This document shows, in pieces, positions 36,014-49,300 of a stretch of 64,000 bases of DNA. The position numbers and the translations under genes were made by a program. The DNA lies in the NCBI GenBank assembly GCA_036172245.1, contig JAYWIR010000036.1:1-64000 (forward strand), given 5' to 3'. This stretch comes from Raillietiella orientalis (lineage: Eukaryota). The notes under the pieces were generated by a model. It did no database searches, had not been told where the DNA came from, and was given only the letters and a program-made list of their open reading frames with translations. The stretch's first letter is position 1, and each line of letters begins with the position of its first letter.

Positions 36014-39000
36014 TAAGCGAACAAACAAAAGCATCTTCTTATTTGTAGGAAGACAAATTGGGACTGGCACTCAGAGTCTTCCATTGATGACTGCTCAGCA
36101 GAATAAGATCAGCATGTTTTCCGAGAACTGGTGTGCGACCTCCTTGTGTGACATTACTGGAAGGCCCTGAGAAGAGCGAATAGCTATGGTCCTCTCTGGT
36201 CTTACCAGTCGCTCGTGACAGACGCCCTTAAAAATGGACCTCGCCTGTTACCATGTTCGTCTTCATAGGCTGTTGGGAAATGCCGTGTCTTTCTCGCTCG
36301 CCCTTTGATCTCCGGCTGCCTTTCTTTGCGGGCGACCGCAAGCACCGGGAATGACTTGCTGCGCCCACGGCCCGTGATGCTCTTGGCCACTGATCAGAAA
36401 ATCGAATTTCTCGCAATGCAGCCTGTTCGCCTCCAGAAAAAGCGCCGCTGCCGCGCGCCGCTCCTGACCTTTGGACGCCTTGATTCCGAAAAAAGGCAAA
36501 CTCAAGGCACACGACAGGAGCGCGCGCTCTTTTTGCCAGAGACTGGAAGATGCGCAAAAGCAAAAGAGTGCTACGATACAAACAGTCCAGTCTCAAACTT
36601 GTTTCCGCGATGCTCATGGCATGAGAACGCTGCCGGGGTCAAGTACATCCTTCACAGGCCACGGTTTCAATGTTTAGGCGACGAATTTGTTTTCTTTCCC
36701 ATGCTATCCCTATGCCCCCCTCCCCCTATTCATTATGATGTGCAGCTGCAAGCATGGAGGGTTTCCTGATATCTGAAGTGTCGGCACTTGTGCTGATCTC
36801 GTGCTCCGTCAAAATAGGTCGAGCCTACGAGCGCCTAAGTGCCGTACCATTCTGTCGAAATTTAACTGTGGAACTTGCTAGGCAAACGGCATGCGGTTGC
36901 TGAGAATGCATCCCATCGATTGCACTCCCGTTGATGGCCAATTCACTGGGCTGCCAATCCGCCATGACCCACCTGGTCACCGCGATCTCAGAATGTGCGA
37001 TCTCGGAGAAGGCAATAATCCCCTAGGATTCCTCCCTTTATCAACTCTTAGAAACATCCCGCGCCACTCCGGGACGAAGGGAAAAGTCTTTCTCACAAGA
37101 CAGCATCTTCAATCGTTTGGCGGGAAAGATTTTTCGGCAGATTTTTGCCTCCGTCGTGCATGCGTCCTCACAAAGTAGCCGAAACAGCAGTCCTAGGGAA
37201 CGGACGCACGAACTATCTGGCTGCAGGTCCACCATTCCAAGGAAAGGCTAAACAGGGAAGCCTTCCTTCCTCCTCGATGGCCACCCATGATCTTTTCTCG
37301 AAGTCATCAGGACTCCGGCTTGATTCCGACCCGCAGAATCCGTCAAGTCCTTTAGGCAGTCCGATTCGAGACCGCTTTCTGAAGGATTCGTGAAAGACGG
37401 GGAAAAGAAAAAATGCCGGAGTTTTCAGGCACTTCTGGTTGGCTTGCTAGCTCAACCACGTGCTCGTGTGGGACCTGGATTGGAACGTTGCTTTGGGTAT
37501 CCTTGGTAACCGGAAACACCGCTTCTGCCAGGTCCGCCATCATCCGACGGAGCTCCCTCTGTTGCATGGGTGGATGGTGCTGGCCCTCAAGCCTGTCTGC
37601 TGGAGTATGACATCCGGATCTTCGAGCTCTTCCTGCCCTATGTCCTTTTTTTCTGCCCACTGCTGCGAAGCTGCACCGAGGACGATTGGCCCAGTTGCTG
37701 CGGTGCTCTGAAGAGGGGGGGAAGCGAATCCGCGAGTTCGGGAACGCCGACCCTTGTCTCGCGCTGCCACAAGCTCTTTGCGCACCTTTACGCAAAGAAT
37801 ACTCTTGCGTAAGGAAATGTTTGCGTTACGATCGTCGTCTTGCGTCCGGGCAGTCAACTCTCATCATCCCCGTTTATCTTGTGAAGGTTGTTCCTTCTTC
37901 CGAAGAGACGAAAGCGTACCTGGACGCTGCCATCTCGAGGCAGGTGAGGCGCGTCGGTGGGAGGCGCTGCTTCGCAGTACCTCCAATCCCACTCGATCTC
38001 GCCCATTCCTCAGGATTGCGGAATGGAGGCGGAGGAAGGAAAGAAAGGGGGCCAGCACCCGCACTACGAAGCAGATTCCTCACAAAGAATCCTGCTCGTG
38101 CAGCAGCAGGCCTGCCGTGCTGCCGCAGACGGTCGTGCGGTGAGGAAGCGGTGCTGCCAGCGGCATGGACGCCCAAGCAGCGCCGCGCTACCACTTGACA
38201 GCAGTGACCGTGTCAGCAGCGAGCTCCGGGGCGCCTTGTCGCTGCGCGTGCAAATACAACGTAGGAAGCAGAAATTCGTTGTTGTCTTTCCTCGGGAGAT
38301 CGAGGCTATCGATGAAATTTGCAGTCCCTCCCTGTAAACACACAGAATACGTGTCGTCCGGCCACTGCGACGTTCTGAGGTGAAGTTTCCGAAGTTTCCG
38401 GTTCGCGCGCGGCACTGCTCCGGAGATGCATTGGCCGGAGATTTCTTTCGCGCACTTTCCACGACCGTTGTGGTCCACGCGTGGTGGAGCTTCGCCTTTT
38501 TCCCCGGTTCCCCTTCCGGAAGCTGACGCGTGTTTTCGACGAGGTCCCGTTCGGGACGCGAATTCCTCAGCTGCCTCGAGCTGTGGTCCTTGGAACGAGT
38601 GCCGCCGTGGAGCTCGATCGCACCCGAAGCGCCTCGGCCGAGGTTCCTGCATGGCGCCAGCTTCTCCTTCGCCTGTCCCGCGCCACTCGTCCGTCGCTGG
38701 GTTTCCCGCTCTCCCGTCCACTTTCCCCCTGGGGCTCGCACCCACGCCGCCGCCAAGGGAGAGGGCACCATCCAAGAACGAATACGTGGATTCGGAGCCT
38801 CCGCCGGAAAAGGGAAATGGTTCGCGCTCGGTAGCACCCCTGTGTCTTACTCGATCGGGCGCTCTCTCGTTCTCACCCTCTGCCCTTTCCACCCGTCTCA
38901 TCAGAAAATTCTAGACGGCCATCAGCTGACACGGTCACGGGCGTTTCCACAACTGGGTGCCGGAGTTGTCCTCCCCTAAGACTGGCGTGGGACTGAGGTC

Positions 39001-39164
39001 AGCGTGCTCTTCGTGTGCCCCGATGCAGGTCTTCGTTTTGTTTCAGCCGTTTCCCTGGCAACAGATAAATTACTACACACAGCACGCAATCTATTGCTGT
39101 AATTGTATATTGCGGCAATAATGTGACGAAAGCTGCAGCGCTTTCAAAACGATAAACACCAAGA

Positions 39165-39408
39165 TAAAGAATGGCAATCTATTTATAAAAACAACGGCCA
39201 AATCTATTTATAAACGTAACGGCATTTCTATTTACAAAGATGGTTGGCAGGAGCATTTACAAAGAAAGCGGCAATGTTTATGAAGAACACGGCATTTCTA
39301 TTTGTGGAGATGGCGGCGTTTCTATTTATAAGAGGTGACGTCATTTCTCTGCGTAAAGATGGCGGGAATTCTATTTATGGCTGTAACGGCATTTCGTTCG
39401 CGAGGATG
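39165..39408. repeat. Degenerate ~24-bp tandem array, about 10 units
   Basis: Units resemble acggcatttctatttataaagatg, e.g. aacggcatttctatttacaaagatg, acggcatttctatttgtggagatg, gcggcgtttctatttataagaggtg. Confidence 0.8.
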
Positions 39409-41620
39409 ACGACGAATGACGTTGCACTGGTGACGGCAGCGTGTAGCGTGGCGCTGGGTGTAGGGCTTGCGTGGCGGCACCTGGCGAAGCGGATCGCTCC
39501 AGCTTTGCTCCCTCGCAAAAGACGAGCGACCCACCCCGTTGTTGAGGCGATGACACGCCCACTCTAAACTCGGAGAGGAATTACGGAATTCAGGGGCGCT
39601 GGCCGCCTCAGCATACCGGCGGCAGCAGACTCCCCAGCATTGGGCCGGAGGTGCCAGCAACGCTCCCGCTCCGCGATGGCGCGCCCCTGGGACGTGGCGG
39701 CAGCAGGCGAAGGCGGCGGCCGAATGGCGAGGCGGATACCAGTGGTCGAGAGAGGCAGGGTAGGCCGCCCGGGGATTTCTGCCAAGCCCCCGGAGAATAT
39801 CGAACACCGGGATGGCCTCCTCCTCTATACGACCAGCGCTCTTCGCAGCGCGGTGGTGCGAGGACGCACGCCAGCCCGAGAGGCCCCGCACCGCGAGGAC
39901 GCCGATGCAGTGCACTGCCGGTGAAGTGTTGAAGTTCCTTTGCCTGCTTGCTTGCTGGGAACATGAGCTAGTCTCGGTGCGCCTTCTTGCCTCCCCACTC
40001 CTCCTTCCTTATCTTTCCGTCAGCTTTCCACTCGGGCTTCCCTGGTTCCCTGGCGGGATCGTGGCTCTCAGCGGTTTGTTGGTCCCCACGAGTGGGTGGA
40101 CAGGGAGGATGGAGACAAAGATGCCTCTGGGCAACACACCGCTGGAGATATAGCGGAGGTCCCTGCGCTCATGGAGTCCACGGTGCTGGCGAAAACGCCG
40201 ATGGGCACGGAACCCGGGGGAACCGAGGCTCGTGGACCTCCTGCCAACGGAAGTGATGCTGGCCGAAGAGGGGCTCCTGACTACGACGGCAATGGTGGGA
40301 GCGAAGCAGGAAGAGGCGGGAGGGAAGTCGGCAGCTCGTGAGAAGACGACAGCCAGGTCACGCGCAGGTCGCCGACCCGATCACCCGTTGCCTCCCGTTG
40401 TCCTCCTGCAGGCAGTGCTGCAAGATCCAACGCCTTGCACAAGAAGACCTCCACTCTCCTTCAGCTTCGCATCCCGAGGAAACAAGGCTCGAAGACGGCG
40501 GCAGTACTGGCAGCGTCCATCAAACAACGTCCGAGCCGTTGCATCTCTGCGTGCGTGCAGCATCCGGCCTGTACCTTAGCAGCCACTTGAGATGCGTTCT
40601 TCATTCTCACGATTCCTGAACTGGACGACAGGAGCGTGAATGCGGGCAGCCACGCGACGTGCCATTCCGTGGTCTTTTTGCGCAAGAGAGGGAAGAAAAA
40701 AGGTGCGATGCAATGATTGAGGCTGGATTCCGGCTGCTCTCTGCTCAAAGAGAGGACGTCAGTTGCTCCCACGGCGCTCTTGAAAAGTAAAAGAACGGTC
40801 TCACAGGAAGAGGAACGAATGGATGCTGCGAAGGACGAGCAAGGCGGACAACCTTGTGGGCGGAAAGAAAAAGAGAAGCTGCAAATCGTACTGTCGGAAG
40901 TGAACAATACGAGGAGGGAACTCTCTGACGATAGCGTATTGAAAGTACCTTCGTTCTGCCCGCGGAAGAGGATGAAGAAGTAATGGACCATAGGGAAGCG
41001 AAGAAGAACTCTAGCGGTTTCCATGCCCTGGGAAATCGAGCTGCAGAAGAGAGAAGAGAGAAAGAGAAGCTTCACAACAGAGGATACACAGCAGTCAAGC
41101 GGACGCAAGGTGGCGCCGTCGACCAGGGAAAGAGCCGAAGGGGGGTTTCTTAACGTCGACGGAGGCGGTGGCTCGAAATTTCCTCTCTTTCCAGGGTGGG
41201 AAGGAAAAGGACAACTATCCTGAATAGCCAAGGAGTCTCGGCAGTCTTCATCCAAAGCTTGCAAGCGAAGACAAGAGGTCTGGAGACGAGTCGGGAACGA
41301 CGGGCAAGCGGGCTGTGTGAGCAGGAGAGATCCCAGATTTCAGCCTTCAGAAAGAAATAGCGAAAGTCCCGAAAAGCTCACCTTTTACCGGGTGTATTGC
41401 TTTTACCCGAGGCCACCTAGTTCCCAAGCTCTTTAAAAAGCAAGGAGCCACCGCACATCCTCATCTTCTCCCTCTCAAGTTCTTCCTCGAGCCGTAGATT
41501 CCCTCTCGCTCAACCTGAATCACCCTCACCGCTGGGAAGTTCTTGAAGAATTCTTGAAGCCTGGGACTCCTGAAACGGGCGCGCATCCTTCGTCACATGC
41601 TTAAGGACGCGCGTGGTCAG

Positions 41621-41861
41621 TGCTGGCCACTACGGCAACCCTCCCTACTTATCCCGTTACTGCTTTAGAAACGAAAGAAAGATGACCAGGGGAATAAAAG
41701 TACGATTTATATTATATATATAACTGAGTTACTCACACGCTATACGGCAGTCGAATGCAATGTACGGTTCCTCGCATAGCAACGCGCGTTAGATGCCTGT
41801 GTACAGCGGCATATAGCTGAGCATGTTTATAGATATGTGATTAAGTCGCGCTGCCCCATCA
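41621..41861 (-). mobile_element. Possible solo LTR, 241 bp
   Basis: AT-richer block reading TGATGG...CCAGCA on the minus strand with an internal TATATATAATATAAA. No target-site duplication found. Confidence 0.25.
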
Positions 41862-43699
41862 AATGTCTTCAGGGATGGCTGCCATCAGAACAATCAGACC
41901 AACTTGCCGTCCGTTCATCCGTGAGCGCATTCTGCAACATTTTGTGGCTCCGTGGGCGTCAGAGCGGCCGACGAACGAGTTGTTTGTTGGACTCTTTTCA
42001 GCTGCTGAGAATGGAGGATTCGCGCCGTCTTTTTATCTCTTGTTTGGTCTGTTTCCGCTTTGCTTTTTGTTTGGTTGCAGGGGGCGGCAAGTGGTTTTTC
42101 CTTGACGAGGAGGAGAGAGCAGGCGAGCGGGCCATCCTCCCAGATGGAACCCGGTGGCGAACCGGACTCCCTGACGAGCGCCCGCGACGGATGTCTCGGG
42201 AAGGCGTGATTGAATTCCGGCCGTCCCCGCGTCCGTCTCGAAAGCTTTTCCGTGTGCCCGGCGCTGATCTCTGTGGGTGGCTCCGTTGCGCTGCCCGTCA
42301 ACAAGTGCTTTCTATTCTCCAGCACAATGAAACTCCAGCCGGTGGCTGCGCCGAAATTTGGCTAATTGCTGCAATGCAGCAGGTGGACCTACGCACGCAA
42401 GTCGAGTTGATGGGGATGCTTCGTTTCGCTTTTTATTTCTTTTCCTACTCCAATAGGGGAAATTTCAGGTTTCGTGCATCATGTTTGGTGTGAAAGTGGG
42501 TCTCTGTTATCAAATCAAATTAGGCAATCCGTTGCGGGCAGTGGAGGGGACTAGGAGGGAGGGAGAGGAGGAAAGGGGAGCAAATGCTTCGGTGGCGACG
42601 GTGATGGCGAGTTTTGGTGAGCGGCGCCTTCCACAGCACATGCCCGTCGCCTCTTCCTTTATTTAGAGGACGGCCGCAGCGGCGCAGAGACTCCAGAGAG
42701 CAGCTGTTCCGCTCTCTGGAGCAGAACTCTCCAGAGAGCGCAGCTCGCGGAAAGCAGCAAAGCAAGAAACGGCACAGCGTTCTTGGAACAGGATTCGGAT
42801 GTTCATCCTGCAGGTGCCGGTAGCGATCAAGTTTTTTTGCGTTCCCTAGCAACCTTCACCTTTCAACACATTAAATACGGAGATCGGTTTCGCTTCCGGC
42901 TCGTCACTGGCATCGCATTTGAGGAAAAAAAAAATTTTTTCCTAACCTTTTCCTTCCTACCACGATTCATCGTTTCGTCCGGGGAGCTGCCACTCTCCTC
43001 AGGGAGCAAAACACTCCCCAGAAAGTCTCCCTCTGCGGGAAGGAGAACTGCGGCGCGAAGCCCAGTGGCCTCTTCCTGGAAAGGCGGCGCGGATCGTGAG
43101 AGCTCGGGCGCGGCGCAGTCGCAGCTGCCTCGAAGAGTAGCGGCGTGGCGGTCACTCCTTTGCCTTCGCCAAGACGCTCGCGTGCGCGCGCGTTCCTCGG
43201 ACAACCTGCTGCGGCAGCTGCATCTCGGAAGGAAGCAGCAGTTCCCTTTCCGTCACTTTCCCCTCCTGCTTCAGCGGCGGCCTCCGTCGCTTTTGATCAG
43301 GCGACCCTCCTTTCGTTGTTTTCTCTTCCTTGACCTCGTCCCTACGTTTGCAAAGTGCTCCCGTTTCCTGCTTCCTTTCTCCGGATGCCTCGGTGTCCGA
43401 AAAGCGCTGGCAAACTCCTCACGTTTCGGCCACGCACGAACGCGAACGCCTCTCCGGCTCCTGCAGCTGCGCCTCTGACACTGCATCGAGGCATCTTGGG
43501 ACTCGTCTACCGGAGACTGACGTTTTCTTTTTTTTTTTTGGTTGCTGGGCCGTGCGTCTGGCTTCCTGGTCACGAGGGAACATCTTGGATTTATTGCTTG
43601 ATCGGGCCGACCGCCTGTGGGCACGAGAATGCCAATCGAAGAGGGACTCACCTTTTGCGCGCAAATAGCTGATTCGGGGGAGCGCCGCAGAGAGAAGAG

Positions 43700-44000
43700 G
43701 ATGCGCAAAACCCGTTTCCAAGATGACGTTCGTCCAGGGCAAAAACTGGGAAGCAGGCAGTTTCGACGGTTCAAGGATCAAGTTGGCAGTTCAAGATGAA
43801 GATCGGCTGCTGCGGAAGTCTGAGACGTCGCCGCTCACCGTCGGCAACCTGGCGTTTAAGACAACATTTCTCCCTCCCTCCTCCCCCCTTTTTTTTCTCC
43901 CATCCTGGATCCAGACACTCCTTCTGAGGAGGAAAACCCATATTTCACTCTTGAGGAACCGAGACTCTCTCGGAACGTGGTTTCAACTTGACCTCTCAGC
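43700..44000 (+). pseudogene. Decayed ORF1-like fragment
   Basis: GSRIKLAVQDEDRLLRKSETSPLTVGNLAFK resembles GHWEVHCKEAALVQRLLGTPLNIRGKEV of the ORF1 at 1902-2741. Confidence 0.35.
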
Positions 44001-47000
44001 TGCCACGGCTCTCGGCTCTCGCTCGCTCCGTCAGGCAACCTTGTCCTTTGTCTTCCGATCTTGAATTTAACAAGCTGCTGGCTCCTTCCGGGACCGACAG
44101 GTTCATTATAGTGGCAGCGCCCGATCCCGGCACGGCAGGGGCAGCCGTCCCACCGCACAAACCTAGAGGCGAAGTACTCCGGGAAAAAAAGCGGAAGCAA
44201 TTCCGAGAAGAGGGGTCCGCGCACGGCCCCTGCTCCTTCACGGAGACCAGTAGCATGCGAGACCACCGTGGAAAGAGAAGACCGCCTCAAGTCCACGCGC
44301 GGAAGGGGGCGCGCGAGAGGTCTCAGGGAGAGAAGGTGTCTGCGGGAGCTAGCCTGACGGGCGGGAGGACGGCGTTCGGAGCAGATGACGAGCAGGAGGA
44401 GCACGCCTGCGAGGAGACAGATTGGATACCGGGAAGCGGAACGGGACCGACTCGCTCGGGCTAGCCGAAAAGGCGTGCCCCGTCGAAGAAGAGGAACCTA
44501 TCTCGCGCCTCGAGTGTGGCTCTCCTGACCTTCCCCTATGAGTCCAGGGTAGCAAATGGCCTCCCAATAGGGACGGGACGGGACAGTCCACCACCACCAC
44601 CACCACTGCCACCGTCATCCTTTCTCTCTTTGCTTCCTTCTGACCCCGCAACTGGAAATCCAATCTCGGGACACACCTCCCTGCAGCGCTCCGACGCCCG
44701 TGTGCCGCGCCTCTTCAGACCCGAAAAGCTCCTCGCAGTTCCTCTGCGTCGCTCGCGGGGCCGGGGGCCTCCGAGCGGGCAGGAGACCCTTCTTGGGGTC
44801 CACCCGAGCCGTCCGCGCAGGCTCCCACGTCCCGCATGTCCCCGGTCGCGGCAGAAAGCAAAGGTTCGGCAGCGCAGCCCGTCCTCAGGCGCAGCCTAGC
44901 GGTCGGGATCGGTGTGCCCCGCCAACTTTCCTTTCCTTCTGTCTCCTCCTCACCCTTTCTCCCCTCTCCCCCTGTTTTTTGCCCTCCGGAAAATCTCCTT
45001 GAATCATGGTCTTGTACGGACGCGGTGATGCCGCTGATCCCGTTGTTGAACGCATCACGGGAGCCGCTATGCGCAGTCAGCCTGACGGTGCTCTCCTGTG
45101 ATGGCGTCGCTAAATGTCATCCCTGCTGCGCGTCCGCCATCTGAAGGGAGGGAGGTGTTTTCTCTCTTTCTTTCCCGGTGGCTCCTGGGTTGCGCGCGTC
45201 GCCCTGGGGGATGCTACTCGTTGCACCCGCGAGATTCTCCCCGGGGGTCGTTCCGGAGGATTTTCTGGTCTCCACGAGCACTAGAGGACGCGTCGGAGGC
45301 AGCCTTTTTCGGCCGAAGGAATCCACGGCGCTTTCGGCATCTCTGACCAGAAGTTCGACAGGAACCCCCTCCCTCCCTCACGGCCTCGTTCCCGTCTCCC
45401 GCGCTGCGCTCATGGAAGATTCGCTGCAGCGCAGCCTCCTCCTTCGCAAAAGCGTTCCCGCGCGGGGTGCCGTTTGGTCCAAGTCCCGCAGGCCGGAGAC
45501 ACCCTCTCTCGGATTTGGTTTTCCCATTCTCGTTATGTGGCTGCCCCTTAAACGAGCGCTAGGGACTCGGAGGGAGTGGCAGGATGCGAAGTAGTGGGCA
45601 GCTCCTCCAGACGAACGATAGGAGAAATGCCACTCGAGACTCAAGCGAAAAGGAGCAGCATCTCCAAGATTTTGATGAGAGCTCTGCGTGAAGAACCCCC
45701 ACAGGGTCAGCAGCATCCTGGACGTTCACACTTGCTGGCCAAAAGAGCTTCTGTAGGACTTTTCACCCAGGAGGCGCATCCAATGACTCTCTGGCGGTGG
45801 TGTGACTCTTTGCCTTCTCCAAGAAAGTTCTGCCCTCTGAGCCTCATGTCAAGGCTGCTGTTCCTGAGCGTAGTGGTCTCCTGACCGATGGCCTCAGCTT
45901 CTCGCAAACGTCGTACGAGTGCACCACTTCTCCTCTAGCTTGCTCTTCCCATCTCCTGCCGATTTCTCTCCATGCCATTTCCGTATTCAGTGGATCCAAG
46001 GATCCAATGCGGCAGCGGTCGCCACCACGGAAAGCAGGCGCTTCTCCAGCGACGGGATGAAGAGATCTCCGGTCGTCGGTACTTTCTCTCTGAGCATGGC
46101 CGCAGCCATGAATCCAGTAAGATAGCCTCTCCCTAAGTATTTTTCCCGTGACCGTAGAACCTTGTCGTCATCATCTGGCAGACGTCCAAGAAGGTAGGCT
46201 TAGCAGCAGATCCACTGGCGGTCCGGGATGGCTCTGTTCGTGGCCAGCCATTTACTAGTTTTCCTTGGTGGCTACGGTTTCGTCGTGTCCTGGACAGCCA
46301 GATCAGAACTGTCAGTGCATTGGTCGGTGATGCCCTTGAGATTCATTGGGCGCTGCACGTGGTGAACATTGCTCCCAGGGTCAATCGGTTGGCATGAAAG
46401 GAAAAAAATTGATGGTTCCAAATCTTGAAGCTCTCAATTCGACGTGGGGTGGGCATGGGATGCTACCAACGCAAGGCATGAACTTTTCCTGGTTCAGATA
46501 ATTTCGTGATCAGGAAAAACCTCACTTCCTTGGTCCGCATCTCCTGCAACCGGGTGACGATTTCCTTCCTTGTGTGTTCATCTGGAGTCACATCTTCAAG
46601 CGTGAGTTTTCGACTCTTCGAGAAGCTGCATCAGTTCTGCCGGCCAGACCTTTGTCTATTCGTCGTCCAGGTGCTGCCGAGGTCGCCAATGGGCCTGTTG
46701 ATTCTTTATTTCTGCCAGTAGTGACGTGAACTATTTCGGATCTTTATCCATCTTGCAACCCCTTTCCTCTTATTTCTGGAGTTGGGTGCGTGGGAGCGTG
46801 TGCTCGGGGTCTCTGCCAGAAGTCGGCCCGCCGGCGGTGGTGTTCAGCACGCTCAAAAGCTTCTTGCTGACGCACCACTAGAGGTTTTCGATGTGCGTGG
46901 CGAGGGCCGTGGGAAGCTGCTCCGGATCGCGCTTTCATTCCGCTTCCTTCTAGCTCCGTAGCAGCAGACTGGCATCGCAGGGCAACTGCATCTCTTCCAC

Positions 47001-47022
47001 TCAGCCCGTCCAGCAGCGTGCC

Positions 47023-47270
47023 TTAATCGGGCGGTGAGACGGCGGTTCCAGAGTGCCATCCGTGCCATGCGTGCGAAACATGCGGAGGGACGTCTTGCTC
47101 TTCTTGCCTCTGCCCGACGTCACCAAAGACCTTCGTCATGTCTTCCATCCTGCTCAGGCAGCTGTCGCTGAGGTAGGCCTGGATCAGCTCGCGATCCATC
47201 TCGGAGAAAGAAGGAGATGCGACGACGGTGACGAGAGGAACGGATGCTAGCCAGGGAAGGTGCATGCGCG
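47023..47270 (-). pseudogene. Decayed ORF1-like fragment (second RRM-like region)
   Basis: VTVVASPSFSEMDRELIQAYLS resembles VVRLSAVQVDTPDRVLVGALS. Confidence 0.35.
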
Positions 47271-47849
47271 GCGTGACGCGGAGGTGGCACCACGACGGCT
47301 GACGGAGTCCCGCCTAGAGTGGACGCGCGCTGCCGGGAACGCGTCCCACCGGTAGCGTCTCCCGAAGAGAGTCCAGACGCAAGCCCGTTTCCGTCCTTCC
47401 CGGAAGGCGGACCGCACCCCAGCATCACGTCTTTGGCAAGTCGTCCCCAGAGCGCCCGTCCCTCGCACGGCGCTCTGGCCGCTCCGCGAACGGCTGGACC
47501 GTCCTCCGGTCATTCGTGGTCATCTCCTGCCTTCTCCCCGTCCTCTACCTTCACAGAAGGATGAGGCATCCTTCAGGATGAGTCGCGCACAGCTGGATCC
47601 GGTTAGGAGTTCAAAGTAGCTGTCCATTGCGAAGTTGTCGGAGTCTTCCGATTACACTTCTAAGGACGATATCGCTGAGACTACTTAAATGGTCGACAAG
47701 TGCGCTTTCATTCGTCAGTTCCAGCGCTGATTGTCCGCACCAGTGACAAGTGCGCTTGCGGCGCAACTGTCGATGGCGCTTTTGCTGGCAGCTCGTGCAT
47801 GACACTTTCTCTACCGCTAAGTATCCACTGGGGATGCACAAATTTTCGC

Positions 47850-49300
47850 ACCTTTGCGATACGCACTTCTTGTGCCTTAGAGACATCCCTCCTTGTAGAT
47901 GTCCACTTCCTAGCGAACTTGATCTAGAGGCCTTCAAGAGAAGCCAGCTGAAGCCTCTGCGATGGCAACGAGTTGGAAAAGTTTATGGTTCGACAAGCTG
48001 GTGGTTTTTTGTCTCCCGTCCCAATTTGCAGCCCGACCCTTTTTCTCCAGCAGCGTCGCTGCTGCTGCTGCTCGTACCAAGCTACCAAAGCACTCGACTG
48101 TCTCCTTCTCTTGCAGACGAAATTTCATCTGAGGAGAGTGCGGAAACCGATGCTGGGGTCTGCGACGTTGCCCTCCGTGCAAGATGGCAGCACGCGTTGA
48201 GTACTACGACGCGCTCCCTTCTTCCCGAAACGAGGTCAGCACACTCGACGTCTCGTGTTGTCGCGTCCGCTTGATGCAGTCGACCGCCTTCTCCCGGTGG
48301 GCAGCATACACCCGTGCATGGCGCGCGACGGCGTTTCATTCCTCTTCGAGTAGCGCGATCGACAGCCTGCGCCGTCGTGCTGAAGGTCCGCACTTTGGAA
48401 GAAGTCGTTGCCACGGATACCATGATGATGGCGATAGACAAGGCAGACTCCATCTTTTTCCGCGCCGTCCCGATCAGGTTTCGACGGTGTTCTCCGCGGC
48501 AGGGCAGCTGCTCCAGTCCGTTCCTTCTGTTCTTCTCCCGTTGCGGGGGCGGCACCTACGCTCATTCAGCGTCCAAATCACGCCTCCCACCGCTCCCTTC
48601 GAATGCAACCAACATCACCCCTCTTACTCGTTCCAACCGAATCGAACGGGCCCAAGCAGCCCCCTCCCCCCTCTCTACTCGCAGCATACGCCAACGAAGG
48701 TGCCTCTGCAAGCCGCTTTTCGTGTTTGGAACAAGCAAAGCGAGAGACGGGGGCAGGAACCGGGAAGGGTGCAGAATCCGCGAATCAGAGAAGACGGAAC
48801 GCATCTCCGAATGGGCGCTCGGTCGTTACTGTGCCTCCCACCGCTGCCGATGCAGCAGGGAGGGCGCAGTGAGGACGAAGAATGCTGCAATCTCGAACAG
48901 GGTTTCTCTTCGAGATGCGTTTCGGGCACGCCAGGCAACCGATGCTTTTGGAGCAACGTCCGAGGTCACCATCTGTTACATCTCCCTGTAGCCTCCAATA
49001 AATTACCTCCTTCTCCTCCTCGTCCTCCTCGTCGCCCTCCTCCTCCTCTTTCGGCCCCGTGACTTTCGCTTTCGCTGAGAGTCACTGTGACTCATTTAGG
49101 TCTTCGCCGGCACCAGAGTCCATCTCCCAACATTTTGGGAAAGGACCGCCGTGACAGAGAATACGTGAGGAGATTTTCTTCTCTCTTCTGATCTCGAGGA
49201 GCTGCGCTTTCTTCCCTTTATGAAGTGACATACGCTCCTGGATCAGTCTTCAGTCGAGTGCAGCAGCCCTTCTGGAACCCCGAAATTCTCAAACCTCCAT
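47850..49300 (-). mobile_element. Heavily decayed RLE-type non-LTR 3' region, paralog of 24040-25400
   Basis: LEQLPCRG, then ADLVSGRRERVVVLNACC (RPDLV..IIDV position), SSAREG and SSLGSG (GSLGSW position). Confidence 0.5.
48237..49118. repeat. Inverted repeat arm B (partner 24326-25222)
   Basis: Direct reverse-complement match to 24326-25222. Confidence 0.95.

Noticed and set aside
39165..39408. CRISPR array
   Set aside because: Units are contiguous and degenerate with no unique spacers. There are no cas genes and the context is eukaryotic.
48184..49062. 292-aa and 225-aa ORFs (and their copies at 24382-25130) as host genes
   Set aside because: No recognisable domain, they lie antisense to the RLE remnant, and their conservation is explained by recent DNA copying.
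24326..49118. Maverick/Polinton or other large TIR element bounded by the 0.9-kb inverted repeats
   Set aside because: No target-site duplication or AGT-type termini, and no pPolB, integrase or capsid ORFs inside. The arms themselves carry retroelement motifs.
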